NCBI GenBank assembly: GCA_963796105.1
Contig: CAWCKJ010000004.1
Span: 1,056,001 to 1,120,000, forward strand
Direction of reading: 5' to 3'
DNA: 64,000 bases
Source of the DNA: a candidate division FCPU426 bacterium
Lineage (GTDB): Bacteria > Oederibacteriota > Muellerivitia > Muellerivitales > Muellerivitaceae
The position numbers and the translations under genes are program-made. Of this stretch, positions 1 to 9,464 are shown piece by piece. The stretch's first letter is position 1; each line of letters opens with the position of its first letter. Under the pieces are notes generated by a model, which worked only from the letters and a program-made list of their open reading frames with translations, was not told where the DNA came from and made no database searches.

Positions 1-2
1 AA

Positions 3-1760
3 CTGCTTTCTATCCTGTCCGGTTTGGCCTTGGCCGCCTACGTATTCTTTTCCGTGAAACATTTCCACCCTATCGCCTCGCAATCCTATGGCCTGCCAGC
101 GGAACGAATGCCTTTTTACTATTTTTTAATTCTCAGCGGGTTCCTCCTGGCGGTGCTGGGTTTCCAGAGGAACCCCAAAACCCTGGGGCCCCCCATCCCG
201 GATTCCGATATAGGGAGCAAAGCGTCGCGGATCCTGCTGTTTTTCATCCTCGTCCTGGGCGCCGTCATGAGGCTCTATGGAGCCGGGGAAATCACCGGGC
301 AATATTGGGATGACTTCGCCCTGGCTTGGGTGGACGCGAGGAGCATCGTCGACTACCATCATTTCTTTATTTTCGCCAACGCGCAGGACGGGGAACCCCT
401 TCACGCGTACCTCCTCGCGGGGTTCATGTGGTTGTTCCCCCGCGTGAGCGGCCTGATGGCCCAGCGCCTGGTCCCCACCCTGATCGACCTATGCGCGATC
501 TGGCTTTTTTACCTCATCGGAAAGGAGTTCGGGAAAAGAAGAATCGGCCTTGTATTTGCGTCCCTCGGCGCGGTGAACCAGGCCATGCTCTCCATGCTTT
601 TGAGCTGCATGAGATTCTATTTGATCCCTTTTTTCATCGCGCTTTGCTTTCTCCTCACCTTCCGGCTTTTCAAAAAACCCAGTTTGTTCCACTTCCTGGC
701 ATGGGGATTCTGCATCGGAGCGGGATATTACACATACACGGCTTTTAGGCCCTGGGGACCGTTCCTGGTTCTAGTGGTCCTGGCTTGGATTTATTACAAG
801 GAAAAGTCTTCGTCATTCACCCTTCAGGCCTGGCATTTCAGTATTGGTTTTTTCACCCTCTTGATGGTGGCTTTTCTTTACCTCCATCGTTTCGTTTTCG
901 AGGGAAGCAAGCTGGCCCATGGCTTGCAATGGCTGGTGGATGTCAGGGCGCCATTATTTTATGCCGTCTTCCTTCTTCTATGTTTCATCAACTTGTTCCG
1001 GCGGGAAATCCATCTGCGCAGCTCCCAAACCATTATCAAATGGGCTTTGGGCGTCCTTATGGCGGTGGCAATGGCCAATCCCATCCTGTCTATTACGGAA
1101 CTTAGCAAACGTTTGTCGCCCACCTCGACCCTCTCCAGAGGGGTGGATTCCATCGGGGCCGCGGGCGGGATCCTGTGGGAACATTTCCTCAACACGGTGC
1201 GGGGCCTTTGGTTCGCTTACCAGGGGCGGGAGGATCTGCACTTTTTCGGGGAGCCGTTCTACGACGGCGTTACCTTGACGGTTATTTTCGGGGGCCTGGC
1301 CTTTCTGGCCGCCCGCGTCAATTGGCCGGGAATATTCCTGCTGATGGCCTGCGGACTGGGTATCCTTCCCCAGGTCATGGCCGATTCCGGCGGCAACCGC
1401 CTGGTGGGATCCATTGTTCCCTTTTTATTGCTGGGCGCCCTGGGATTGGACGGCCTATTTGAGACCGCCTCCCAATCCGGGAAACTGCCAGTCAGGAAAA
1501 TGCCCTACCTGGTCTGGATCGCCTTGATCGCGGCTGGGGCCTGGATTAATTACGCCCACACTTATTTTTATTATCAAAAGGCCTATTACCCGGAGGTCTT
1601 TGAGGGCCGACAGGTCCAAAAGGACTGCGGGGCCAACCGGGTTTACCTCGGCTCCCCCCCACCCGGGCGGAGGACCCCCTCAATGAGAACAATACTGTTT
1701 ATCTTTTCACGAAATCAAACTCGATCATCCTGGGAAAGCAAGAAGCGGTTCCCAATGTAG
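3..1760 (+). CDS. ArnT/PMT-like (GT-C, GT39/GT83-like) integral membrane glycosyltransferase; 5' end lies outside the window; probably frameshifted at a C7 tract (1654-1660)
   Basis: Frame is open from base 3. It has many hydrophobic segments and an early acidic loop (YWDDFA...EPLH) typical of ArnT-like proteins. The last ~30 aa look out of frame. Confidence 0.75.
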   Translation: MLSILSGLALAAYVFFSVKHFHPIASQSYGLPAERMPFYYFLILSGFLLAVLGFQRNPKTLGPPIPDSDIGSKASRILLFFILVLGAVMRLYGAGEITGQYWDDFALAWVDARSIVDYHHFFIFANAQDGEPLHAYLLAGFMWLFPRVSGLMAQRLVPTLIDLCAIWLFYLIGKEFGKRRIGLVFASLGAVNQAMLSMLLSCMRFYLIPFFIALCFLLTFRLFKKPSLFHFLAWGFCIGAGYYTYTAFRPWGPFLVLVVLAWIYYKEKSSSFTLQAWHFSIGFFTLLMVAFLYLHRFVFEGSKLAHGLQWLVDVRAPLFYAVFLLLCFINLFRREIHLRSSQTIIKWALGVLMAVAMANPILSITELSKRLSPTSTLSRGVDSIGAAGGILWEHFLNTVRGLWFAYQGREDLHFFGEPFYDGVTLTVIFGGLAFLAARVNWPGIFLLMACGLGILPQVMADSGGNRLVGSIVPFLLLGALGLDGLFETASQSGKLPVRKMPYLVWIALIAAGAWINYAHTYFYYQKAYYPEVFEGRQVQKDCGANRVYLGSPPPGRRTPSMRTILFIFSRNQTRSSWESKKRFPM

Positions 1761-2365
1761 TGGTTCTTATCAGGAATCCGGAATTCATGTATCCGGATGT
1801 TTTGTCCCGCCTGCGGCATGACTTTCCTAAGGCGGTTTGGGAGACCAATCCCTTCTATCCCGGAAGGAATGACCCGAAAGCCTTGATCCGGGTTTTCATA
1901 CCCTCGGATCAGTTGTCGGAGGATTCCGGCAGGGTCCTTTTTATCCAAAGGGCGGAGGACGCCCGCTGGACCCGGAACTATTATTCGGAAAACGGCATGG
2001 GACGGGGGGTGATTCTCACCCAGGACCGGACCGCGCAAATCATCAGCCCGGTTCCTCCGGATGTCCAAAGAAACTCTTTCTGGCCTTATCCCGGCTCCGT
2101 TTTTTCCTCCAAAATATCCGGCACTTTCGACGCGGGCGAACAAGGACGTTACGTGTTCTCGACGGAAACGGAAAACCAAATCGACTTTTGGGTGGATGGG
2201 AGTCTTCTTTTCAGCAGCCACACGAACAGGAAAAAGAAGTTCAAGAAGGGGATCAATTTGGACAAGGGTTCCCACCAGGTTCTTCTCATCACCCACCATG
2301 ACGGACAAGTCCAAATGCCTAAAATCGACGTTTCAACCCCGAACGGCGGGATGACGACCCTTTGA
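1760..2365 (+). CDS. PA14-like domain; likely the C-terminal part of the upstream glycosyltransferase
   Basis: FSSKISGTF...GRYVFSTE...FWVDG...INLDKGSHQV resembles PA14. This frame is open from 1661, just after the C7 tract. Confidence 0.6.
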   Translation: MVLIRNPEFMYPDVLSRLRHDFPKAVWETNPFYPGRNDPKALIRVFIPSDQLSEDSGRVLFIQRAEDARWTRNYYSENGMGRGVILTQDRTAQIISPVPPDVQRNSFWPYPGSVFSSKISGTFDAGEQGRYVFSTETENQIDFWVDGSLLFSSHTNRKKKFKKGINLDKGSHQVLLITHHDGQVQMPKIDVSTPNGGMTTL

Positions 2366-2368
2366 GGG

Positions 2369-3079
2369 TCAGCGGATCAGCCGGGCGAGTCCGAAGGCGG
2401 CTCCCGCCGCGAGAATTCCCGTCAAGGTCATGAAGAGCGCGCCTTTCAGGGGGTTCTGCCCCGTCACGCGGGCCTTGAAATACCCGAAAAGCAGAAGGCA
2501 GACCACGGTCAGGACCGAGGAATAAGCCAGCCCCCTCATAGGGTCCGCGCAGAAAAAATAAGCCGACAGGGGGATCAAGCCGCCGATGGCGTAGGAAAAA
2601 CCGATGCGCAAGGCCTGGTGCAGGGCCAGCCAGGGGGAGGGCTTTTCCAGGCCCAGCTCGAAGCGCATCATGAAATCCACCCACATGGAAGGGTCCTTGG
2701 CCAAATCCTCCGTGACCCGGTGGCGGGCCTCTTCGGAGATTCCGTAGGATTCCAGGATGTTGAGGATCTCGGCTTTCTCCTCCTCGGGGATTTCCTGAAC
2801 CTCCCGCGCCTCCCTTTTTTGCTCCCCCTCGTAATGCTCGATCTCGGTTTTCCCGGACAGGTACCCCCCCAGGCCCATGGAGATGGTGCCGGCGATGATT
2901 TCCGCCAGGCCCCCGATGATAATGAGAGTGTTGCTGGAAACCGCCCCGCTCAATCCCGCCGCCAAGGCGAAGGGTACCGTGAGGCCGTCGGAAAGGCCGA
3001 TGACGATATCCCGGATGGCCGTAGTGGAGATCCGATGCGTCTCGGAATGGTTATGGTGGTGGGGAATCTTGACTGGCAT
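2369..3079 (-). CDS. VIT1/CCC1 family Fe/Mn transporter
   Basis: RDIVIGLSDGLTVPFAL, GLAEIIAGTISMGLGGYL and MMRFELGL signatures; His-rich N-terminus. Confidence 0.92.
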   Translation of the reverse strand: MPVKIPHHHNHSETHRISTTAIRDIVIGLSDGLTVPFALAAGLSGAVSSNTLIIIGGLAEIIAGTISMGLGGYLSGKTEIEHYEGEQKREAREVQEIPEEEKAEILNILESYGISEEARHRVTEDLAKDPSMWVDFMMRFELGLEKPSPWLALHQALRIGFSYAIGGLIPLSAYFFCADPMRGLAYSSVLTVVCLLLFGYFKARVTGQNPLKGALFMTLTGILAAGAAFGLARLIR

Positions 3080-3216
3080 TTGGTTTCCTAGTACTGGGTT
3101 TTAAAAAACTTTTAGATAAAAGGCCTCGGGAAATTCCTGAAGGTGCTAGATTTTAAGCCCGGATAAAACCATAACACAAGGCTAATGGAAAACCTTAATT
3201 AGCGCCCCAATTCACC

Positions 3217-3414
3217 GGCTGGTTTCAGGCCCCGGCTTTAGGCGGGGGCATGCCAGCCATCCATAAAACTATTATGAAGGCTGGTATTGTACCGATCTCA
3301 ATATTTCTTTATTTCTATTAAGATGATCGGCACAAGCCGTGTACTTGGCCGGGGATCATGCCTCGGGCCAAGTGGCGACCCGAAGCCCTGACATCCGCTG
3401 CGGTGCGGAGGTCC
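3217..3414. repeat. Chain of consecutive GC-rich hairpins (REP-like cluster)
   Basis: Inverted repeats ggctgg..ccagcc enclosing ccccggctttaggcggggg; tgccagcc..ggctggta; ttgtaccgatc..gatcggcacaa; acttggcc..ggccaagt; and gccctgacatccgctgcggtgcggaggtcc, which has a second copy at 11568-11598. Confidence 0.55.
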
Positions 3415-3497
3415 GTCCCTTGACGTATTCATTTAGGCCCAAAAATCACCGGTCGGGGGGAGATAACCTGCCGGTCGGATCGAGATAATCCACCGGT

Positions 3498-3831
3498 CGG
3501 GATAACCCGGGAACAGGCCGGGATAACCTGGGAACAGCGGGACTTAAGCCGGGAACAGGTCGGGAAAAACCCGGGAACAGCGGGACTTAAGCCGGGAACA
3601 GGCCGGGATAACCTGGGAACAGCTGGACTGAAGCTGGGAACAAGCCGGGATAACCCGGGAACAGCGGGACTTAAGCCGGGAACAAGCCGGGATAACCCGG
3701 GAACAGCGGGACTTAAGCCGGGAACAGGCCGGGATAACCCGGGAACAGCTGGACTTAAGCCGGGAACAGGCCGGGATAACCCGGGAACAGTGGGACTTAA
3801 GCCGGGAACAGGCGGGATAACCCGGGAACAG
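3498..3831. repeat. Tandem array: 16 units with GGGAACA every ~21 bp, forming an alternating 19+23 bp (42 bp) higher-order repeat
   Basis: Units cgggataacccgggaacag and cgggacttaagccgggaacaggc alternate, read directly from the sequence. There are no unique spacers. Confidence 0.95.
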
Positions 3832-3966
3832 CTTAAACCGAGAACAAAGGTCGATTCGTGATAATCCACCAGTCTGGGAGCTAACCTGCCGGTTGTTACA
3901 GAGTTTTCCGCTTGGTCAGTACTGGGCTTTCCACCGATAGGGCTTTGCCAGGTTATTCGAAATAAA

Positions 3967-4443
3967 TTATGAAGCCAGGGTGATTTTGGAGAGGAGGTTC
4001 CGCTTTTCCTCATCGGAAGTGACGAGGTTCAGTTCAGGAAACAGGATGGTCTGCTCCCGGAGGTAATGGTGGTTCAAAAGCTCCTTGAAGCGGTATTGCT
4101 TCTCCAAAAGATCAATGGTTTCCTTCTTGTGGCTTTCCTGGCCCTTTATTTCATTGAAGAGGCGGTGGAGCTGGTTCATGAATTCCACGATCTTTCGGTG
4201 CTCCCCGATGAAAATCGAAAGGGCCCCGCCCCGGGCCTTGCTGCATCTTTCCTTATAAATGGGGAATAAAAGTTGTTCCTCCTCCTGCATATGCGCCAGG
4301 AGAAGTTTCTCGAATTGGTCGAGGAAGGACCAGGCCTGGGGAAATACACGCTGGAGCACCGCGAGCTGGTGTTGGTGGAAAAGCCATTCCATCTGGTAAT
4401 GAACCTGCTCAATCCTATCAAAGCCAATATTTGATTCCATCAT
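3967..4443 (-). CDS. Hemerythrin (HHE) domain protein
   Basis: H...[11 protein letters not shown]...EH...[11 protein letters not shown] di-iron pattern. Confidence 0.85.
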   Translation of the reverse strand: MMESNIGFDRIEQVHYQMEWLFHQHQLAVLQRVFPQAWSFLDQFEKLLLAHMQEEEQLLFPIYKERCSKARGGALSIFIGEHRKIVEFMNQLHRLFNEIKGQESHKKETIDLLEKQYRFKELLNHHYLREQTILFPELNLVTSDEEKRNLLSKITLAS

Positions 4444-5047
4444 TTTGTCCTTCGTTGATAATGCCTCTTAAATATTTCGGGTGAACTTGATTTTTATCAG
4501 CGGTCTGTTAGGCCTCCACCCTCACCGGCGTGAAACGCTCCAGGATCTTCACGCGGTCCCCCTCGGCGATCAATAGGTCCAGGTCGGGCATCAACAACTG
4601 TTCCCGCAAGTGGTGCTGGTGTAGCAGTTCCTTCAACCGCACTTCCTCCTCCAGAAGCGCGAGGGCTTCCGGGCCCGGCTCTTTCGAGGTTTGCCAGCGC
4701 TTGAAAAAAGCCTGGATGATTCCCATGGCAGCGCGGATTTTGGTGTGCTCGCTGTTCAGGGTTTGGATTGTCCCGATTTGATCCACCTGCCCGTGCTGGT
4801 CGAGGAGGGGAAAAAGATGGGCCTCTTCCTCGGACATGTGAAGGCGGACGGATTTCTCGAACCTTTCCAAGAAAGAGGTGGCCTTGTCATTGGCCGCGAG
4901 CTTTAACCCCCTAGCTGGCCAAGCACTTTGACCCCACCTCTGGCCAGTCACTTTGACCCCCTGTCTGGCCACCGACTTTGACCCCCTTGCCAAGGGCCTC
5001 TCTAACCGTCATTCCTTTCTTTTTTCACTTCATGTGAGGAGAACGGC

Positions 5048-6604
5048 ATGACCCGACAAGGGAGGCAGAGCGACATGGCGACTATTCGTGAGATTTTGAG
5101 GACTTACCAGGCCTTGGGCGGGTTCAAACCCACTGCCCGGGCCCTGGGATGCAATAAGCACACGGTCAAGCAATACGTGCGTTGGGCGAAAGAACATGGC
5201 TTTCTCCAAGGGGAACTTCCCCTGGAAAAGGATTTGGCGAAGGCTTGGGAAGACGGCGAAAAATCCACGCCCGTTCCCGCTCATGCCTTGGAGGCCCTCA
5301 AGGGAATCATCCAAGAATGGTTGAAGGAAGATTTCACCTTGATTCGCATCCAGGAGATGCTTCAAGAGCGGCACGGGTGGAAGGGGAGTTACTCGACCCT
5401 GAAGAGGTATACGGAGCCTTTTCGCAATGAGAAACCCGCCTACGTGAGGCTGGAGGTTGCGCCCGGCGAGGAGGCCCAAGTGGATTTCGGGCTTTTGGGC
5501 CGCTTGTGGGACGAGACGCGTGGCAAGCAAGCCAAGGCCTGGGTTTTCGTGATGACCCTTTCCCATTCCCGGCATATGTACGCCGAGATTGTATTCGCAC
5601 AGGACGTGAGAACCTGGATCGCCTGCCACCGCCGGGCTTTCGAGTTCTTCAATTCAGTCCCTAAAAAAATCGTAATCGATAACCTGAAAAGCGCCATCGT
5701 CAAGGCGGCCCTCTATGATCCCTTGGCCAACCGTACCTACGTGGAATGCGCCAACCATTACGGCTTCATCATCTCCCCTTGCCGCGTCGCCACTCCACGC
5801 CACAAGGGTAAAGTTGAACGCGGCGTGCCCTATGTCCGTAATTCCTTCTTCAAGGGTCGTTCCTTCCAGGGCCGCACCGATGCCAACCATCAACTCCGCG
5901 ATTGGGTGATGAACAAGGCAGGTTTACGGGATCATGGCACCACCCGGCTTCAACCCTTGGCCGTCTTCCAGAGCGTGGAACAGAAGGCCCTTTTGCCCCT
6001 GCCTACCGCGGCTTACCATCCAACTTTCTTCAAAGAAGCCACTCTGCACCCCGATTGCCACGTAGTCGTGGAAGGTTCCTATTACTCGGCTCCCTACCGT
6101 CTTCGGGGCCAAAAACTACTGGCCCAATTAACCGACACCACCGTTGATATATTTCTCAAACACGAATGCGTGGCTTCCCACGCCAAGGCCACACGCAAGG
6201 GAACCTGGCGCACCAACCCGGGCCACTATCCCCCTGAAAAAGCGGTCTTCTTGGAACGAACCCCACAATGGTGCCTCAAACAGGCCCAGGCCATTGGACC
6301 TAATACCCATCAATTAATCCAACTCCTGCTGGAACACTCCCACCCCCTGGACCATCTGCGCAAAGCCCAGGGCATTCTGCGCTTGAGGGAAAAGTACCTG
6401 CCTTCCCGTCTGGAGGCAGCCTGTCTAAGGGCCCTCCATTTCGGAAACTACACGTACCAATCCATCAAAAACATCCTTCAAAAGAACCTCGATCAAAACC
6501 CGTTGGACCCGCCGTCGGATCCTTCACTCAAACCCCAGTCGTCTTTCGATTTCGCCCGGCCCGCGGAGGATTTCCTCCGTGCCTTGGCTCTGGATAAAAA
6601 TTGA
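5048..6604 (+). CDS. istA: IS21 transposase IstA
   Basis: PGEEAQVDFG, VIDNLKSA, HKGKVERGV (DDE) and YYSAPY motifs. Confidence 0.95.
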   Translation: MTRQGRQSDMATIREILRTYQALGGFKPTARALGCNKHTVKQYVRWAKEHGFLQGELPLEKDLAKAWEDGEKSTPVPAHALEALKGIIQEWLKEDFTLIRIQEMLQERHGWKGSYSTLKRYTEPFRNEKPAYVRLEVAPGEEAQVDFGLLGRLWDETRGKQAKAWVFVMTLSHSRHMYAEIVFAQDVRTWIACHRRAFEFFNSVPKKIVIDNLKSAIVKAALYDPLANRTYVECANHYGFIISPCRVATPRHKGKVERGVPYVRNSFFKGRSFQGRTDANHQLRDWVMNKAGLRDHGTTRLQPLAVFQSVEQKALLPLPTAAYHPTFFKEATLHPDCHVVVEGSYYSAPYRLRGQKLLAQLTDTTVDIFLKHECVASHAKATRKGTWRTNPGHYPPEKAVFLERTPQWCLKQAQAIGPNTHQLIQLLLEHSHPLDHLRKAQGILRLREKYLPSRLEAACLRALHFGNYTYQSIKNILQKNLDQNPLDPPSDPSLKPQSSFDFARPAEDFLRALALDKN

Positions 6605-6617
6605 GGAGGAAGCATAT

Positions 6618-7397
6618 ATGGAAAATAAACATCAGTTGGAGCCGCACCTGAGAAGGTTAAAACTCGCAGGTATGTTGGAGACGCTGGAAATCCGAAACCA
6701 GCAGGCCATTGAATCCCAGATCGGTTATATGGATTTCCTTGGCCAGTTGCTGTTGGATGAGCTGGAGCGCCGCCAAGTGGGCCAACTCCAAAGAAGGCTG
6801 AAAAAGGCGGGCTTCTCAACCCATATGACTCTAACGGGGTTCGATTTCGCCTTCAACCCGGCCATCAACCGGCAACAAATCCTGGATTTGGGTACTTGTT
6901 CTTTCGTGGAGCGAAAAGAGAACCTATTTTTCATCGGTCCCTCAGGTGTGGGCAAAACCCATTTGGCCTGCGCTTTGGCCCATGAAGTCTGCCGCAAGGG
7001 TTATGAGGTACTCTTTATCAAGACCTCGCATGCGGCCCAACGATTAGCGGCCTCGCGCGGGGACGGTACCTGGGAAAACCGATTCGCATCCTTCCTGAAA
7101 CCCGACCTCTTGATCCTGGACGACTGGGGTCTCAAGCCCTTCGACACCAAGGTCGCCGAGGATTTTTACGACATCATCTGTGAGCGTTATGAAAAGGGCT
7201 CCTTGATTTTTACCACCAACCGCAGTCTGCGGGAGTGGCCGGAGCTTTTCGGCGACGCCCTCCTAGCCTCGGCTGCCATGGACCGCCTGGTCCACCATGC
7301 CACTGCCGTCGTCATTCAGGGCCCTTCCTTTCGGACCCGTTCCATGCGCGAAGAAATGAAAAAAGAACACAGCAGGGAAAAAGAGGCAAAACTATGA
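6618..7397 (+). CDS. istB: IS21 helper ATPase IstB
   Basis: GPSGVGKTHL Walker A, LLILDDWG Walker B, TTN and DRLVHH; GAGGAGG precedes the ATG at 6618. Confidence 0.95.
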   Translation: MENKHQLEPHLRRLKLAGMLETLEIRNQQAIESQIGYMDFLGQLLLDELERRQVGQLQRRLKKAGFSTHMTLTGFDFAFNPAINRQQILDLGTCSFVERKENLFFIGPSGVGKTHLACALAHEVCRKGYEVLFIKTSHAAQRLAASRGDGTWENRFASFLKPDLLILDDWGLKPFDTKVAEDFYDIICERYEKGSLIFTTNRSLREWPELFGDALLASAAMDRLVHHATAVVIQGPSFRTRSMREEMKKEHSREKEAKL

Positions 7398-7848
7398 GAA
7401 ACCCATCGTTCGATGCTGTCTTATTCGTGCAATCTTGCGCCTATTGGTTACGGGATTTGCGCGGGACTTCGTATCATCCAATGTTGGGGAAGCAAAACGC
7501 ATCTTGTGAAAGGAGTTTGATGGGTCTAAATTAATCTAAAAAAGAGGCCCCGCAAGGCAGGGGTCGAAGTCCCCGAAACAGGCACCCCTCGAAGTGCCCA
7601 AAAGAGGGGGGGCAAAGTAGGCGGCCAGGGGGGTTAAAGTGGCCTGAAGGGGATCGTGTTTGAGGATAAAAAGCTGGTGCTGACGGATCAGCCATTCCAA
7701 CTGCGCATGGACCCATTCGATTTTCGCGAAACTGCTGTTGTTTTCCATGAAGCCGCCTATTCACTCACTAGGGCAGTTTACCACTTTTGGCGGGTGGGAA
7801 TAAGGGAAGCGTCCAGGGAGGAAGTGAAATAAGGTAAAGATAGAAACG

Positions 7849-8538
7849 TTAAAACGAGGGATCGGCGTATGCCCTCAATTCTTTTTCCCTTAAAAGGGTC
7901 GCCACCCGGCTTTTATTCAACGCGATCAAGCCCTTGCTTTCCAGCTTGGAAAAAGCCCGTGAAACCACTTCCCGGACCGAGCCCACCCGCGCGGCGATGA
8001 CGGTGTTGGAGGGAAGCCGCAGTTTGATTTTTTTCTTTTCGATGTAGCCCCGGCCCTTGAATTCCTGGATCAGGTAGCTCGCCAAGCGCTGGTCCACCTC
8101 CCGGAGCGAGAGGGATTCTACGAGTGCCGCCGTCTTCCTCAAACGGGCGGATAAGATCCTCAAGGCCGTCAAGGCGATCCCCGGATGCTCCAGGCAAAGG
8201 CGCCTCACGTCCCGCTTGTCGATAAACAGGATCTCGCTGTCCTCCTCCGCCACAACCGTGGAAGGGTAGGGACGGCCGTCGAAAACGGGGATTTCCGCGA
8301 TGGTGCTTCCGGTCTTCTCCACGTGGATCACCTGCTCGCGGCCCTCGGTGTTTTCCCGAATGGCTTTCAAGCAGCCCCGCACGATCACGTAAAGGCCTTT
8401 GGCCTCCTCGCCGGAAACAAACAGGGTTTCCCCTACCTTGAGTCTTTTTTCCACGCAGCACCCGGCCAAGGCTTTTCTCTCCCCCTCGGCAAGGGAGCCG
8501 AAAAGCTCGGTTTTCCCCAGGGCTTCGACCTTATCCAT
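7849..8538 (-). CDS. Crp/Fnr family transcriptional regulator (Dnr/HcpR-like)
   Basis: cNMP-binding fold (GREQVI...AEIPVFDGRPYP) plus HTH with GSVREVVSR; start placed at MDKVEAL. Confidence 0.9.
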   Translation of the reverse strand: MDKVEALGKTELFGSLAEGERKALAGCCVEKRLKVGETLFVSGEEAKGLYVIVRGCLKAIRENTEGREQVIHVEKTGSTIAEIPVFDGRPYPSTVVAEEDSEILFIDKRDVRRLCLEHPGIALTALRILSARLRKTAALVESLSLREVDQRLASYLIQEFKGRGYIEKKKIKLRLPSNTVIAARVGSVREVVSRAFSKLESKGLIALNKSRVATLLREKELRAYADPSF

Positions 8539-8607
8539 GGACGCATCATATCCATCCCCGGCTGGGGGCTCAAGACCGGGGTCAGAGGCCTGGAGTTCAA
8601 CTGCCCT

Positions 8608-8623
8608 TATGACTAAGATCATG
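8608..8623. promoter_or_regulatory. Candidate Crp/Fnr-type site TATGACtaagATCATG with -10 TAAAAT at 8645-8650
   Basis: Palindrome between the divergent crp/fnr and ric-like genes; spacing fits a class II (-41.5) site. Confidence 0.65.
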
Positions 8624-8681
8624 GGTTACCGGATAAGGGATGCCTAAAATGAAACAAATTAAGTTTTATAGGGGGGCTGGA

Positions 8682-9236
8682 TTGAAATCGGAAAAGAAAC
8701 TGGAAGAAACCACCCGATGGAAGAACAAATCCATTGGGGAGATTATCGACTTCATCTTAATAAACCACCACGCGTACACCCGTAAGCAGATGAAACGCCT
8801 CCTGGGTTTTTCTGGGAAATCAGTCAAAGCCTATGGGACGAAACATCCCGAACTTCTTCAACTGCACATGATTTTAATGGAAATGAGCGAGGAACTGGAA
8901 GGGCACATGAGCCGGGAGGAAAAAGAGGTATTTCCTTTTTTGAATAAATTGGCCCAAACCACCGGAAAGGCGAGGAAAAAGGCCGAGCCTCCCCCCAACC
9001 GGAAGGCCGGGGACCGTTTGATCCATATCCTGATGTGGGAACACGGCATGACCGGCGAGGAATGGCTGGAAATACACAGGCTCACCAAGGATTTCAACAC
9101 CCCCCCCGACGCCGGAACACCCTACAAATCGCTATACCGGGGGCTGAAGGAAATGGAGGACGACCTCCACCAGCACATCCACATTGAGAACAACGTGCTG
9201 TTCCACCGGATCGTGGAGATGGGATTTTTAAATTGA
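8682..9236 (+). CDS. Ric/YtfE-like di-iron hemerythrin protein (no N-terminal ScdA domain)
   Basis: HHAYTR...HPEL...HMSREEKEVFP...EH...DLHQHIHIENNVLF. A TTG start at 8682 follows GGGGGG (the ORF extends to 8640). Confidence 0.85.
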   Translation: MKSEKKLEETTRWKNKSIGEIIDFILINHHAYTRKQMKRLLGFSGKSVKAYGTKHPELLQLHMILMEMSEELEGHMSREEKEVFPFLNKLAQTTGKARKKAEPPPNRKAGDRLIHILMWEHGMTGEEWLEIHRLTKDFNTPPDAGTPYKSLYRGLKEMEDDLHQHIHIENNVLFHRIVEMGFLN

Positions 9237-9464
9237 TTTTTTAAATTCAAGTTTTATCACATGCCGATCTAACATTAATCTTTTAGGTAGGTCGGTATAG
9301 TGCCGATTTCAACGTCTGTCTTATGGTGTATCGGCACAGGGGCACAGAAACCCAGCTAAACAAACCGAACTTATGAAATATAAGTATTGTTTTTACCTCT
9401 AAGGAATAAAAAAATTTAAGTTTTCTGAAAAAGGGGAGGGAAGCTGAATTACAGGTGACGACTG

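Larger units (their letters stand above)
4885..7638 (+). mobile_element. IS21 family element (istAB)
   Basis: Left end TGTCATTGGCC with four subterminal ggcc..cttt(a/g)acccc repeats and inverted copies at the right end. GTGGCCT is duplicated at 4878-4884 and 7639-7645. Confidence 0.93.
4508..7748 (-). pseudogene. Hemerythrin-domain gene (159 aa when rejoined) interrupted by IS21
   Basis: The 5' part 7748-7639 (MENNSSFAKIEWVH...DPLQA) joins in frame to 4877-4508 (TSFLERFEK...HMSEEE...EH...HHLRE), 480 bp in total. It is a paralogue of the neighbour at 3967-4443. Confidence 0.88.

Noticed and set aside
3498..3831. CRISPR array
   Set aside because: No unique spacers (units are contiguous and repeated), and no cas genes in the window.
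3429..4013. 194-aa ORF with VPGLS(P/R) repeats
   Set aside because: By-product of the DNA array. It overlaps the hemerythrin 3' end, and indels switch the peptide register at both ends of the repeat.
4885..4993. N-terminus of ORF 4508-4993 (MARGSKSV...) as a real start
   Set aside because: It is read from the IS21 left end; the true 5' part is at 7748-7639.
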